Shown here piece by piece: positions 31,138 to 45,152 of a DNA stretch of 64,000 nucleotides; within the stretch, counting starts at the first letter, position 1; each line of letters opens with the position of its first letter. Position numbers and translations under genes: made by a program. The stretch is from the human T2T-CHM13v2.0 reference genome, Homo sapiens, in assembly GCF_009914755.1 (NCBI RefSeq), contig NC_060927.1; one strand, given 5' to 3'. The notes beneath the pieces are model-generated. The model ran no database searches. It was given only the letters and a program-made list of their open reading frames with translations, and was not told the DNA's origin.

Positions 31138-34100
31138 ATCTGCAAAGCATTTGGAATAGTTCACGATCCATAGTGTATTTGTGATAGTTTACCATCTACT
31201 ATCTGCAGCTCATTTGGGATAGTTTACCATCTGCAGCGCATTTGGGATAGTTTACTATCTGCAGCGCATTTGGGATAGTTTACCATCCGTAGTGTATTTG
31301 CGAGAGTTTACGATCTGCAGCGCATTTGGGATAGTTTACCATCTGTAGTGCATTTGTGATAGTTTACCATCCGTAGTGTATTTGCAATAGTTTACTATCT
31401 GTAGCACATCTGGGATAGTTTACTATCTGCAGTGCATTTGGGATAGTTTACTATCTGCAGCGCATTTGGGATAGTTTACTATCTGCAGCTCATTTGGGAT
31501 AGTTTACCATCCGTAGTGTATTTGCGAGAGTTTACGATCTGCAGCGCATTTGGGATAGTTTACTATCTGCATTGCATTTGGGATAGTTTACTATCTGCAG
31601 CGCATTTGGGATAGTTTACTATCCGTAGTGTATTTGCGAGAGTTTACTATCTGCAGCGCATTTGGGATAGTTTACCATCCGTAGTGTATTTGCGAGAGTT
31701 TACGATCTGCAGCGCATTTGGGATAGTTTACCATCTGTAGTGCATTTGTGATAGTTTACCATCCGTAGTGTATTTGCAATAGTTTACTATCTGTAGCACA
31801 TCTGGGATAGTTTACTATCTGCAGTGCATTTGGGATAGTTTACTATCTGTAGCAAATTTGGGATAGTTTACTATCTGCAGCGCATTTGTGATAGTTTACC
31901 ATCTGCTTGCATTTGGGATAGTTTACTATCTGCACCACATTTCGGATAGTTTATTATCTGTAGCACATTTGGGATAGTTTACCATCCATAGTGTATTTGC
32001 GATAGTTTACTCTCCGTAGTGCATTTGGGATAGTTTACTATCTGCAGCACATTTGGGATAGTTTACTATCTGTAGCACATCTGGGATAGTTTACTATCTG
32101 CAGTGCATTTGGGATAGTTTACTATCTGTAGTGTATTTGGGATAGTTTACTATCTGCAGCGCATTTGGGATAGTTTGCTATCTGTAGCAAATTTGGGATA
32201 GTTTACTATCTGCAGCGCATTTGGGATAGTTTGCTATCCGTAGTACATTTGGGATAGTTTACTATCTGCACCACATTTGGGATAGTTTACTATCTGTAGC
32301 ACATTTGGGATAGTTTACCATCCATAGTGTACTTGTGATAGTTTACTCTCCCTAGTGCATTTGGGATAGTTTACCATCTGTAGTGTATTTGTGATAGTTT
32401 ACTCTCCGTAGTGCATTTGGGATAGTTTACTATCTGTAGCACATTTGGGATAGTTTACTATCTGTAGCACAGTTGGGATAGTTTACTATCTGTAGTGCAT
32501 TTGGGATAGTTTACTCTCCATAGTGCATTTGGGATAGTTTACTATCTGTAGCACATTTGGGATAGTTTACTATCTGCAGCACATTTGGGATAGTTTACAA
32601 TCCGTAGTGTATTTGCAATAGTTTACTATCTGCAGCGCATTTGGGATAGTTTGCTATCCGTAGTACATTTGGGATAGTTTACTACCTGCGGCACATTTGG
32701 AATAGTTTACTATCTTCAGCACATTTGGGATAGTTTACTATTTGTAGCGCATTTTGGACAGTTTACTATCTGTAACACATTTGGGATAGTTTACTGTCTG
32801 CACCACATTTGGGATAGTTTACTATCTGCAGCGTATTTGGGATAGTTTACCATCTGCACCGCATTTTGGATAGTTTACTATCTGCACTGTATTTGGGATA
32901 GTTTACCATCTGTAGCGCATTTGGGATAGTTTACTATCTGCAGCACATTGGGGATAGTTTACTTTCTGTAGCACATTTGGTATAGTTTACTATCTGCAGC
33001 ACATTTGGGATAGTTTACTATCTGTAGCACATTTGGCATAGTTTACTATCTGTAGCGCATTTGGGATAGTTTACTATCTGCAGTGCATTTGGGATCATTT
33101 ACTCTCTGCCTCGCATTTGGGATAATTTACCATCTGTAGTGCATTTGGGATAGTTTCCTATCTGCAGTTCATTTGGGATAGTTTACTATCTGCCTTGCAT
33201 TTGGGATAGTTTACCATCCATAGTGCATTTGGGATAGTTTACTCTACGTAGTGCATTTGGGATAGTTTTCTATCTGTAACACATTTGGGATAGTTTTCTA
33301 TCTGTAGCGCATTTGGGATAGTTTACTATCTGCCTTGCATTTGGGATAGTTTACTATCCCAAATAGATAGTTTACTATCTATTTACAAATAGGTAGTTTT
33401 TACAAATAGATAGTTTACTATCTGCCTTGCATTTGGGATAGTTTTCTATCTGTAGTGCATTTGGGATAGTTTACTATCTGCCTTGCATTTGGGATAGTTT
33501 ACTATCTGCCTTGCATTTCGGATAGTTTACTATCTGCATCACATTTGGGATAGTTTACTATCTGTAGCAAATTTTGGATAGTTTACTCTCTGTAGTGCAT
33601 TTGGGATAGTATACTATCTGCAGCACATTTGGGAGAGTATACTAACCATAGTGTATTTGTGATAGTTTACTATCTGCAGTGCATTTGGAATACTTTACTA
33701 TCCATAGTGTATTTGTGATAGTTTACTATTTACAGCACATTTGGGTTACTTTACTATCTACCTTGCATTTGGAATAGTTTACCATCTGCAGCGCATTTGG
33801 GATAGTTTACTGCCTGCTTTGCATTTGGGATAGTTTACTATCCACAGTGCATTTGGGGTAGCTTACCATCTGCAGTGCATTTGGGATAGTTTACTATCTG
33901 CATCACATTTGGGATAGTTTACTATCTGTAGCAAATTTTGGATAGTTTACTCTCTGTAGTGCATTTGGGATAGTATACTATCTGCAGCACATTTGGGAGA
34001 GTATACTAACCATAGTGTATTTGTGATAGTTTACTATATGCAGTGCATTTGGGATACTTTACTATCCATAGTGTATTTGCGATAGTTTACTATTTACAGC

Positions 34101-37100
34101 GCATTTGGGTTACTTTACTATCTACCTTGCATTTGGAATAGTTTACCGTCTGCAGCGCATTTGGGATAGTTTACTGCCTGCCTTGCATTTGGGATAGTTT
34201 ACTATCCACAGTGCATTTGGGGTAGTTTAACATCTGCAGTGCATTTGGGATAGTTTACCATCTGCCTTGTATTTGGGGTAGTTTACTATATGCCTCGCAT
34301 TTGAGATAGTTTACTGTCTGCCTTGCATTCGGGATAGTTTACTATCTGCAGCGCAGTTGGGATAGTTTACCATCCATAGTGTATTTGTGACAGTTTACTA
34401 TCTGCAGCACATTTGGGATAGTTTACAATCCATAGTGTATTTTGATAGTTTACTATCTGCAGTGCACTTGAGATAGTTTACTATCTGCAGCACATTTGGG
34501 ATAGTTTACAATCCATAGTGTATTTGAGATAGTTTACTATCTATAGCGTATTTGGGATAGTTTACTATCTGTAGCACATTTGGAATAGTTTACTATCTGC
34601 AGCACATTTGGGATAGTTTACCATCCATAGTGTATTGGCAATAGTTTACTATCCGCAGTGCATTTGAGATAGTTTACTATCTGTAGCACATTTGGGATAG
34701 TTTACTATCTGCGGCATATTTGGGATAGTTTACTATCTGCAGTGCACTTGAGATAGTTTACTATCTGCAGCACATTTGGGATAGTTTACAATCTATAGTG
34801 TATTTGTGATAGTTTACTATCTATAGCATATTTGGGATAGTTTACTATCTGTAGCACATTTGGAATAGTTTACTATCTGCAGCACATTTGGGATAGTTTA
34901 CCATCCATAGTGTATTGGCTATAGTTTACTATCTGCAGTGCATTTGAGATAGTTTACTATCTGTAGCACATTTGGAATAGTTTACTATCTGCAGCATATT
35001 TGGGATAGTTTACTATCTGTAGCACATTTTGGATAGTTTACTATCCATAGTGTATTTTGATAATTTACTATCTGCAGTGCACTTGGGATAGTTTAGTATC
35101 TACAGCGCATTTGGGATAGTTTACTATCCATAGTGTATTTTGATAGTTTACTATCTGCAGTGCACTTGAGATAGTTTACTATCTGCAGCACATTCGGGAT
35201 AGTTTACTATCTGCAGTACATTTGGAATATTTTACTATCTGCAGCATATTTGGGATAGTTTACTATCTGTAGCACATTTGGGATAGTTTACTATCTGCAC
35301 CACATTTGGGATAGTTTACTATCTGCAGCGTATTTTGGATAGTTTACCATCTGCACCACATTTCATATAGTTTACTATCTGCTCTGTATTTGGGATAGTT
35401 TACTATCTGTCTCGCATTTGGGATAGTTTACTATCTGTCTCGCATTTGGGATAGTTTACTATCTGCAGTGCATTTGCGATAGTTTCCTGTCTGCCTTGCA
35501 TTTGGGATAGTTTACTATCTGCAGCACATTTGGGATACTTTACTATCTGTAGCACATTTAGGATAGTTTACTATCTGCAGCACATTTGGGATAGTTTACT
35601 ATCCATAGTGTAGTTGTGATAGTTTACTATCTGCAGTGCATTTGGGATAGTTTACTATCCGTAGTGTATTTTGATAGTTTACTAGCTGCAGCGCTTTTGG
35701 GATAGTTTGCTATCTGCTGCACATTTGGGATAGTTTCCTATCTGCCTTGCATTTGGGATAGTTTACCATCAGCAGCGCATTTGGGATAGTTTACTATCTG
35801 TGGCACATTTGGAATAGTTTACTATCTTCAGCACATTTGGGATAGTTTACTATCTGTAGCACATTTTGTATAGTTTACTATCTGTAACACATTAGGGATA
35901 GTTTACTATCTGCCTTGCATTTGGGATAGTTTACTATCTGCATCACATTTGGGATAGTTTACTATCTGTAGCATATTTGGGATAGTTTACTGTCTGTAGT
36001 GCATTTGGGATAGTATACTATCTGCAGCACATTTGGGAGAGTATACTAACCATAGTGTATTTGTGATAGTTTACTATCTGCAGCACATTTGGGATACTTT
36101 ACTATCCATAGTGTATTTGCAATAGTTTACTATTTGCAGTGTGTTTGGGTTAGTTTACTATCTGCCTTGCATTTGGAATAGTTTACCGTCTGCAGCGCAT
36201 TTGGGATTGTTTACTGCCTGCCTTGCATTTCGGATAGTTTACTATCTGCAGTGTATTTGGGATAGTTTACTCTTCATAGTGTAGTTGCAATAGTTTACTT
36301 TCTGCAGCACATTTGGGATAGGTTACTCTCCATACTGCATTTGGGATAATTTAATATCTGCACCACGTTGGGGGATAGTTTACTATCTGTAGCCCATTTT
36401 GGATAGTTTACTATCTGTAGCATATTTGGGATAGTTTACTATGTGCAGTGCATTTGGGATAGTTTACTATCTGCCTTGCATTTGGGATAGTTTAATATCT
36501 GCCTTGCATTTGGGATAGTTTCGTATCTGCCTTGCATTTGGGATAGTTTAGTATCTGCACTGCATTTGGGATAGTTTACTATCTGCAGCGCATTTGGGAT
36601 AGTTTACTCTCTGCACTGCAGTTGGGATAGTTTACCATCCATAGCACATTTGGGATAGTTTACCATCTGCAGCGCATTTGGGATAGTTTACCATCAGCAG
36701 TACATTTGGGACAGTTTACCATCTGCAGTGCATTTGGGATAGTTTACCATCCATAGCACATTTGGGATAGTTTACCATCTGCTGTACATTTGGGACAGTT
36801 TACCATCTGCAGCGCATTTGGGATAGTTTACTATCTGCAGCACAGTTGAGATACTTTACTATCTGTAGTGTATTTGTGATAGTTTACTATCTGCAGCACA
36901 GTTCAGATAGTTTACTATCTGTAGTGTATTTGTGATAGTTTACTATGTGCAGCACATGTGGGATAGTTTACTCTCCATAGCACATTTGCGATAGTTTTCT
37001 ATCTGCAGTGCATTTGGGATAGTTTACCATCTGCCTTGTATTTGGGATAGTTTACTATATGCCTCGCATTTGGGATAGGTTACTGTCTGCCTTGCATTTG

Positions 37101-40100
37101 GGATAGTTTACTATCTGCAGGGCAGTTGCGATAGTTTACCATCTGTAGTGTATTTGTGATAGTTTACTATCTGCAGCGCATTTGGGATAGTTTAGAATCC
37201 ATAGTGTATTTGCGATAGTTTACTATCTACAGCGCATTTGTGATAGTTTACTATCTGTAGCACATTTGGGATAGTTTACTGTCTGCAGCACATTTGGGAT
37301 AGTTTACTATCTGTAGCACATTTGGGATAGTTTACAATCTGCAGCACATTTGGAATAGTTTACTATCTGCAGCACATTTGGGATAGTTTACTATGTGTAG
37401 CACATTTTGGATAGTTTACTATCCATAGTGTATTTTGATAGTTTACTATCTGTAGTGCACTTGGGATTGTTTACTATCTACAGCGCATTTGTGATAGTTT
37501 ACTATCCATAGTGTATTTTGGTAGTTTACTATCTGCAGTGCACTTGGGATAGTTTACTATCTGCAACACATTTGGGATAGTTTACTCTCTGCAGCACATT
37601 TGGAATATTTTACTATCTGCAGCATATTTGGGATAGTTTACTATCTGTAGCACATTTTGGATAGTTTACTATTTGTAGCACATTTGGGATAGTTTACTAT
37701 CTGCACCACATTTGGGATAGTTTACTATCTGCAGTGTATTTGGGATAGTTTACCATCTGCACTGCATTTCGTATAGTTTACTATCTGCTCTGTATGTGGG
37801 ATAGTTTACTATCTGCAGCGCATTTGGGATAGTTTGCTATCTGCAGCAGATTTGAGATAGTTTACTATCTGTAGTGCATTTGGGATAGTTTACTATCCAT
37901 AGCCCATTTGGGATAGTTTACTATCTGCAGTTCATTTGGGATAGCTTACCATCTGTAGTGCATTTGGGATAGTTTACTATCCATAGCACATTTGGGATAG
38001 TTTACTATCTGCCTTGCATTTGGGATAGTTTAACATCCATAGTGCATTTGGGATAGTTTACTATCTGCAGCACATTTGGGATAGTTTACAATCTGAAGTG
38101 TATTTGTGATAGTTTACTGTCTGCAGCACATTTGGGATAGTTTAATCTCCATAGCACATTTGGGATAGTTTTCTATCTGTAGCACATTTGGGATAGTTTA
38201 CTTTCTGCCTTGCATTTTGGATAGTTTACTCTCTGCATCACGTTTGGAATAGTTTACTATCTGCAGCACATTTGTGATAGTTTACTGTCTGTAGTGCATT
38301 TGGGATAGTACACTATCTGCAGCGCATTTGGGATAGTTTACTATCTGCACCACATTTGGGATAGTTTACTATCCGTAGTGCATTTCCAATAGTTTACTAC
38401 CTGCAGCGCATTTGGAATAGTTTAGTATCTGCAGCACATTTGGGATATTTCACTATCTGTAGCACATTTTGGATAGTTTACTATCTGCAGCACATTTAGG
38501 ATAGTTTACTATCTGCAGCGTATTTGGGATAGTTTACCATCTGCACCGCATTTCGGATAGTTTAGTATCTGCACTGTATTTGGGATAGTTTATCATCTGT
38601 AGGGCATTCGGGATAGTTTACCATCTGCAGTGCATTTGGGATAGTTTACCATCTGCACCACATTTGGGATAGTTTACTATCTGCTCTGTATTTGGGATAG
38701 TTTACCATCTGTAGTGCATTTGGGATAGTCTACTATCTGCAGCACATTTGGGATAGTTTAGTATTTGTGGCACATTTGGGATAGGTTACTATCTGCCTCG
38801 CATTTGGGATAGTTTACCATCCACAGTGCATTTGGCATAGTTTACTATCTGCCTCGCATTTGCCATAGTTTGCTATCCACAGCGCATTTGGGGTAGTTTA
38901 CTATCCACAGTGCATTTGGGATAGTTTACTATCTGCTCTGTTTTTGGGATAGTTTACAATCTGTAGTGCATTTGGGATAGTTTACTATCTGTGGCACATT
39001 TGGGATAGTTTACTATTTGTGGCACATTTGGGATAGGTTACTATCTGCCTCGCTTTTGGGATAGTTTACTATCCACAGCGCATTTTGGGTAGTTTACTAT
39101 CTGCAGTGCATTTGGGATAGTTTACCATCTGCCTTGTATTTGGGATAGTTTACTATCTGCCTCGCATTTGGGGTAGCTTACTATCTGTCTTGCATTTGGG
39201 ATAGTTTACTATCCAGAGCACATTTGGGGTAGTTTGCTATCTGCAGTGCATTTGGGATATTTTACCATCTGCCTTGTATTTGGGATCATTTACTATCTGC
39301 CTCACAATTGAGGTAGTTTACTATCTGGAGCGCAGTTGGGATAGTTTACCATCTGCCTTGTATTTGGGATAGTTTACTATCTGCAGTGCATTTGGGATAG
39401 TTTACTATCTGCAGCACATTTGGGATAGTTTACCATCCATAGTGTATTTGCGATAGTTTACTATCTGCAGCACATTTGGGATAGTTTACTATCCGCAATA
39501 CATTTGGGATACTTTACTATCTGCAGCGTATTTGGGATAGTTTACCATCTGCACTCCATTTCGGATATTTTACTATCTGCACTGTATTTGCAATAGTTTA
39601 CCATCTGTAGCGCATTTGGGATAGTTTACCATCTGCAGCACATTTGGGATAGTTTACTGTCTGCCTTGCATTTGGTATAGTTTACTATCTGAAGCGCATT
39701 TGGGATAGTTCAGCATCCATAGTGTATTTGCGATAGTTTACTATCTGCAGCACATTTGGGATAGTTTACTCTCCGTAGCACATTTGGGACAGTTTACCAT
39801 CCATAGTGTATTTGCGATAGTTTACCATCTGTAGCACATTTGGGATAGCTTACCATCTGTAGCGCATTTGGGATAGTTTACTATCTGCCTTGCATTTGGG
39901 ATAGTTTACTATCTGCACTGCATTTGGGATAGTTTACTATCTGCAGCACATTTGGGATAGTTTACTATCCATAGTGTATTTTCGAGAGTTTACTATTTGC
40001 AGTGCTTTCGGGATCGTTTACTATCCATAGTGTATTTGCAATAGTTTACTATCTGCAGCGCATTTGGGATAGGTTACTATTAGTAGTGCATATGGGATAG

Positions 40101-43100
40101 TTTTCTATCTGCACCGCATTGGGGATAGTTTACCATCCATAGTGTATTTGGGATAGTTTTCTATGTGCAGCGCATTTGGGATAGTTTACTCTCTGCCTTG
40201 CATTTGGGATAGTTTACTATCTACACCGCATTTAAGATAGTTTACTATCTGTAGCATATTTGGGATAGTTTACTATCTGTAGCGCATTTGGGATAGTTTA
40301 CTATCTGCCTTGCATTTGGGATAGTTTACTGTCTGCACCGCATTTGGGAAAGTTTACTATCTGCCTTGCATTTGGGATAGTTTACCATCTGTAGCGCATT
40401 TGGGATAGTTTAGTATCTGCAGTACATTTGGGATAGTTTACCATCTGCACCACATTTGGGATAGTTTACTATCTGCTCTGTATTTGGCATAGTTTACAAT
40501 CATTAGCACATTTGGGATAGTTTACTATCTGTGGCACATTTTGTATAGTTTACTATTTGTGGCACATTAAGGATAGATTACTATCTGCCTCGCATTTGGG
40601 ATAGTTTAACATCCACAGTGCATTTGGGATAGTTTACTATCCACAGTGCATTTGGGGTAGTTTACTATTCGCAGTGCATTTGGGATAGTTTACAATCTGC
40701 CTTGTATTTGGGATAGTTTATGATCTTCCTTGTATTTGGGATAGTTTACTATCTGCCTCGCATTTGGGATAGTTTACTGTCTGCCTTGCATTTGGGATAG
40801 TTTACTATCTGCAGCACATTTGGGATAGTTTACCATCCGTAGTGTATTTGCGATAGTTTACTATCTGCAGCACCTTTGGGATAGTTTACTATCTCTAGCA
40901 CATTTGGGATAGTTTACTATCTGCAGCACATTTCCGATAGTTTACCATCTGTAGTGTATATGCGATAGTTTCCTATCTGCAGCACCTTTGGGATAGTTTA
41001 CTATCTCTAGCACATTTGGGATAGTTTACTATCTGCAGCACATTTCCGATAGTTTACCATCTGTAGTGTATATGCGATAGTTTCCTATCTGCAGCACATT
41101 TGGGATAGTTTACTATCTGTAGTGTATTTTGATAGTTTGCTATCTGCAGTGCCCTTGGGATATTTTACTATCTGCAGCACATTTGGGATAGTTTACTATC
41201 TGCAGCACATTTGGGATAGTTTACTATCTGTAGCAAATTTTGGAGAGTTTACTATTTGTAGCACATTGGGATAGTTTACTCTCTGCAGTGTATTTGGGAT
41301 AGTTTACCATCTGCACCGCATTTTGGATAGTTTACTATGTGCACTTTATTTGGGATAGTTTACCATCTATAGCACATTTGGGTTAGTTTACTATCTGCTC
41401 TGTATTTGGGAGAGTTTACCATCTGCACCTCATTTGGGATAGTTTGCTATCTGCTCTGTATTTGGGATGGTTTACTATCTGCGGTGCATTTGGGATAGTT
41501 TACTATCTGCAGCACATTTGGGATAGTTTACTGTCTGTAGTGTGTTTGCGATAGTTTACTATCTGCCTCACATTTCGGATAGTTTACTGTCTGCAGTGCA
41601 TTTTGGATAGTTTACTATCCATAATGTATTTGCGATAGTTTACTATCTGCAGCGCATTTGGGATAGTTTACTATCTGCAGCACATTTCGGGTAGTTTACC
41701 ATCTGCAGCGCATTTGCGATAGTTTACTGTCTGCCTTGCATTTGGGATAGTTCACTATCTGCAGCACATTTGGTATAGTTTACTATCTGCAGTGCATTTG
41801 GGATAGTTTACTGTCTGCCTTGCATTTGGGATAGTTTACTATCTGCAGCGCATTTAGGATAGTTTACTATCCGTAGTGTATTTTTGATAGTTTACTATCT
41901 GCAGTGCATTTGGGATAGTTTACTATCCATAGTGTATTTGGGATAGTTTACTCTCTGCAGCACATTTGGGATAGTTTACTATCTGCAGCGCATTTGGGAT
42001 AGTTTACTCTCTGTAGCACATTTGGGATAGTTTCCTATCTGCCTTGCATTTGGGATAATTTACCATCAGCAGCGCATTTGGGATAGTTTACTGTCTGCCT
42101 TGCATTTGGGATAGTTTACTATCTGCAGCACATTTGGGATAGTTTACTGTCTGTAGTGTGTTTGTGACAGTTTACTATCTGCCTCACATTTCGGATAGTT
42201 TACTGTCTGCAGTGCATTTTGGATAGTTTACTATCCATAGTGTATTTGCGATAGTTTACTATCTGCAGCACATTTGGGATAGTTTACTATCTGCAGCACA
42301 TTTCGGATAGTTTACTATCTGCAGCACATTTGGAATATTTTACTATCTGCAGCACATTTGGGATAGTTTACTATCTGCAGCACATTTCGGATAGTTTACT
42401 ATCTGCAGCACATTTCGGATAGTTTACTATCTGCAGCGCATTTGCGATAGTTTACTATCTGCCTTGCATTTGAGATATTTCACTATCTGCAGCACATTTG
42501 GTATAGTTTACTATCTGCAGTGCATTTGGGATAGTTTACTGTCTGCCTTGCATTTGGGATAGTTTACTATCTGCAGCGCATTTGGGATAGTTTACTATCC
42601 GTAGTGTATTTTTGATAGTTTACTATCTGCAGTGCATTTGGGATAGTTTACTATCCATAGTGTATTTGCGATAGTTTACTCTCTGCAGCACATTTGGGAT
42701 AGTTTACTATCTGCAGCGCATTTGGGATAGTTTGCTATCTGTAGCACATTTGGGATAGTTTCCTATCTGCCTTGCATTTGGGATAGTTTACCATCTGCAG
42801 CACATTTGGGATAGTTGACTGTCTGCCTTGCATTTGGGACAGTTTACCATCCGTAGTGTATTTGGGATAGTTTACTATCTGCAGTGCATTTGGGATAGTT
42901 TACTATCTGCAGCGCATTTGGGATAGTTTACCATCCATAGTATATTTGCAATAGTTTACTATCTGCAGTGCATTTGGGATAGTTTACTATCTGCAGCGCA
43001 TTTGGGTTAGTTTACTGTCTGCCTTGCATTTGGGATAGTTTACTATCTGCAGTGCATTTAGGATAGTTTACTATCCGTAGTGTATTTTTGATAGTTTACT

Positions 43101-45152
43101 ATCTGCAGTACATTTGGGATAGTTTACTATCCATAGTGTATTTGGGATAGTGTACTCTCTGCAGCACATTTGGGATAGTTTACTATCTGCAGCGCATTTG
43201 GGATAGTTTACTCTCTGTAGCACATTTGGGATAGTTTCCTATCTGCCTTGCATTTGGGATAGTTTACCATCAGCAGCGCATTTGGGATAGTTTACTGTCT
43301 GCCTTGCATTTGGGATAGTTTACTATCTGCAGCACATTTGGGATAGTTTACTGTCTGTAGTGTGTTTGTGACAGTTTACTATCTGTCTCACATTTCGGAT
43401 AGTTTACTGTCTGCAGTGCATTTTGGATAGTTTACTATCCATAGTGTATTTGCGATAGTTTACTATCTGCAGCACATTTGGGATAGTTTACTATCTGCAG
43501 CACATTTCGGATAGTTTACTATCTGCAGCGCATTAGCAATAGTTTACTATCTGCCTTGCATTTGGGATATTTCACTATCTGCAGCACATTTGGTATAGTT
43601 TACTATCTGCAGTGCATTTGGGATAGTTTACTGTCTGCCTTGCATTTGGGATAGTTTACTATCTGCAGCGCATTTGGGATAGTTTACTATCCATAGTGTA
43701 TTTTTGATAGTTTACTATCTGCAGTGCATTTGGGATAGTTTACTATCCATAGTGTATTTGCGATAGTTTACTCTCTGCAGCACATTTGGGATAGTTTACT
43801 ATCTGCAGCGCATTTGGGATAGTTTACTATCCATAGTGTATTTGCAATGGTTTACCATCTGCAGCGCATTTGGGATAGTTTACTATCTGCAGTGCATTTG
43901 GGATAATTTAGTATCTGCCACACATTTGGGATAGTTTACTATCCATAGTGTATTTGGGATAGTTTACTATCTGCAGCGCATTTGGGATAGTTTACTATCT
44001 GCAGCGCATTTGGGATAGTTTACCATCCATAGTGTATTTGCGATAGTTTACTATCTGCAGCGCATTTGGGATAGTTTACTATCTGCCTTGCATTTGGGAT
44101 AGTTTACTATCTGCAGCGCATTTGGGATAGTTTACCATCCATAGTGTATTTGCGATAGTTTACTATCTGCAGCGCATTTGGGATAGTTTACTGTCTGCCT
44201 TGCATTTGGGATAGTTTACTATCTGCAGCGCATTTGGGATAGTTTACCATCCATAGTGTGTTTGCGACAGTTTACTATCTGCAGCGCATTTGGGATAGTT
44301 TACCATCCATAGTGTATTTGCGACAGTTTACTATCTGCAGCACATTTCGGATAGTTAACTGTCTGCCTTGCATTTGGGATAGTTTACTATCTGCAGCGCA
44401 TTTGGGATAGTTTACTGTCTGCCTTGCATTTGGGATAGTTTACTATCTGCAGCGCATTTGGGATAGTTTACCATCCATAGTGTGTTTGCGACAGTTTACT
44501 ATCTGCAGCGCATTTGGGATAGTTTACCATCCATAGTGTATTTGCGACAGTTTACTATCTGCAGCACATTTCGGATAGTTAACTCTCTGCCTTGCATTTG
44601 GGATAGTTTACTATCTGCAGCGCATTTGGGATAGTTTTCCATCCATTGCATATTTGCGAAAGTTTACTATCTGCAGCGCATTTGGGATAGTTTACTATCC
44701 ATAGTGTATTTGCAATGGTTTACCATCTGCAGCACATTTGGGATAGTTTACTATCTGCAGTGCATTTGGGATAATTTAGTATCTGCCACACATTTGGGAT
44801 AGTTTACTATCCATAGTGTATTTGTGATAGTTTACTATCTGCAGCGCATTTGGGATAGTTTACTATCTGCAGCGCATTTAGGATAGTTTACTCTCCATTG
44901 TGTATTTGCAATAGTTTACTATATGCAGCGCATTTGGGATAGTTTACTATCTTCAATGCATTTGGGATAGGTTACTGTCTGCCTTGCATTTGGGGTAGTT
45001 TACTATGTGCAGCGCAGTTGGGATAGTTTACTGTCTGCCTTGCATTTGGGGTAGTTTACTATCTGTAGCACATTTGGGATAGTTTACTATCTGCAGCGCA
45101 TTTGCAATAGTTTACTATCTGCAGCGCATTTGGGATAGTTTACTGTCTGTAG
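31138..45152. repeat. ~14-kb 28-bp tandem array (minisatellite/VNTR, ~500 units), consensus GATAGTTTACTATCTGCAGCGCATTTGG
   Basis: Continuous 28-bp periodicity with a conserved core and a variable segment (TGCAGCGC, TGCAGCAC, TGTAGCAC, TGCCTTGC, CATAGTGT, CGTAGTGT and others). Confidence 0.98.

Noticed and set aside
31138-45152. CRISPR array (palindromic repeat plus variable spacer)
   Set aside because: The variable parts are only ~8 bp, are point-mutation relatives of each other and are reused many times. There are no cas genes or leader, and the context is primate DNA.
31138-45152. Coding tandem repeat
   Set aside because: TAG occurs on both strands of nearly every unit and 28 is not a multiple of 3, so stops cycle through all frames. 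The ORF track shows nothing here.
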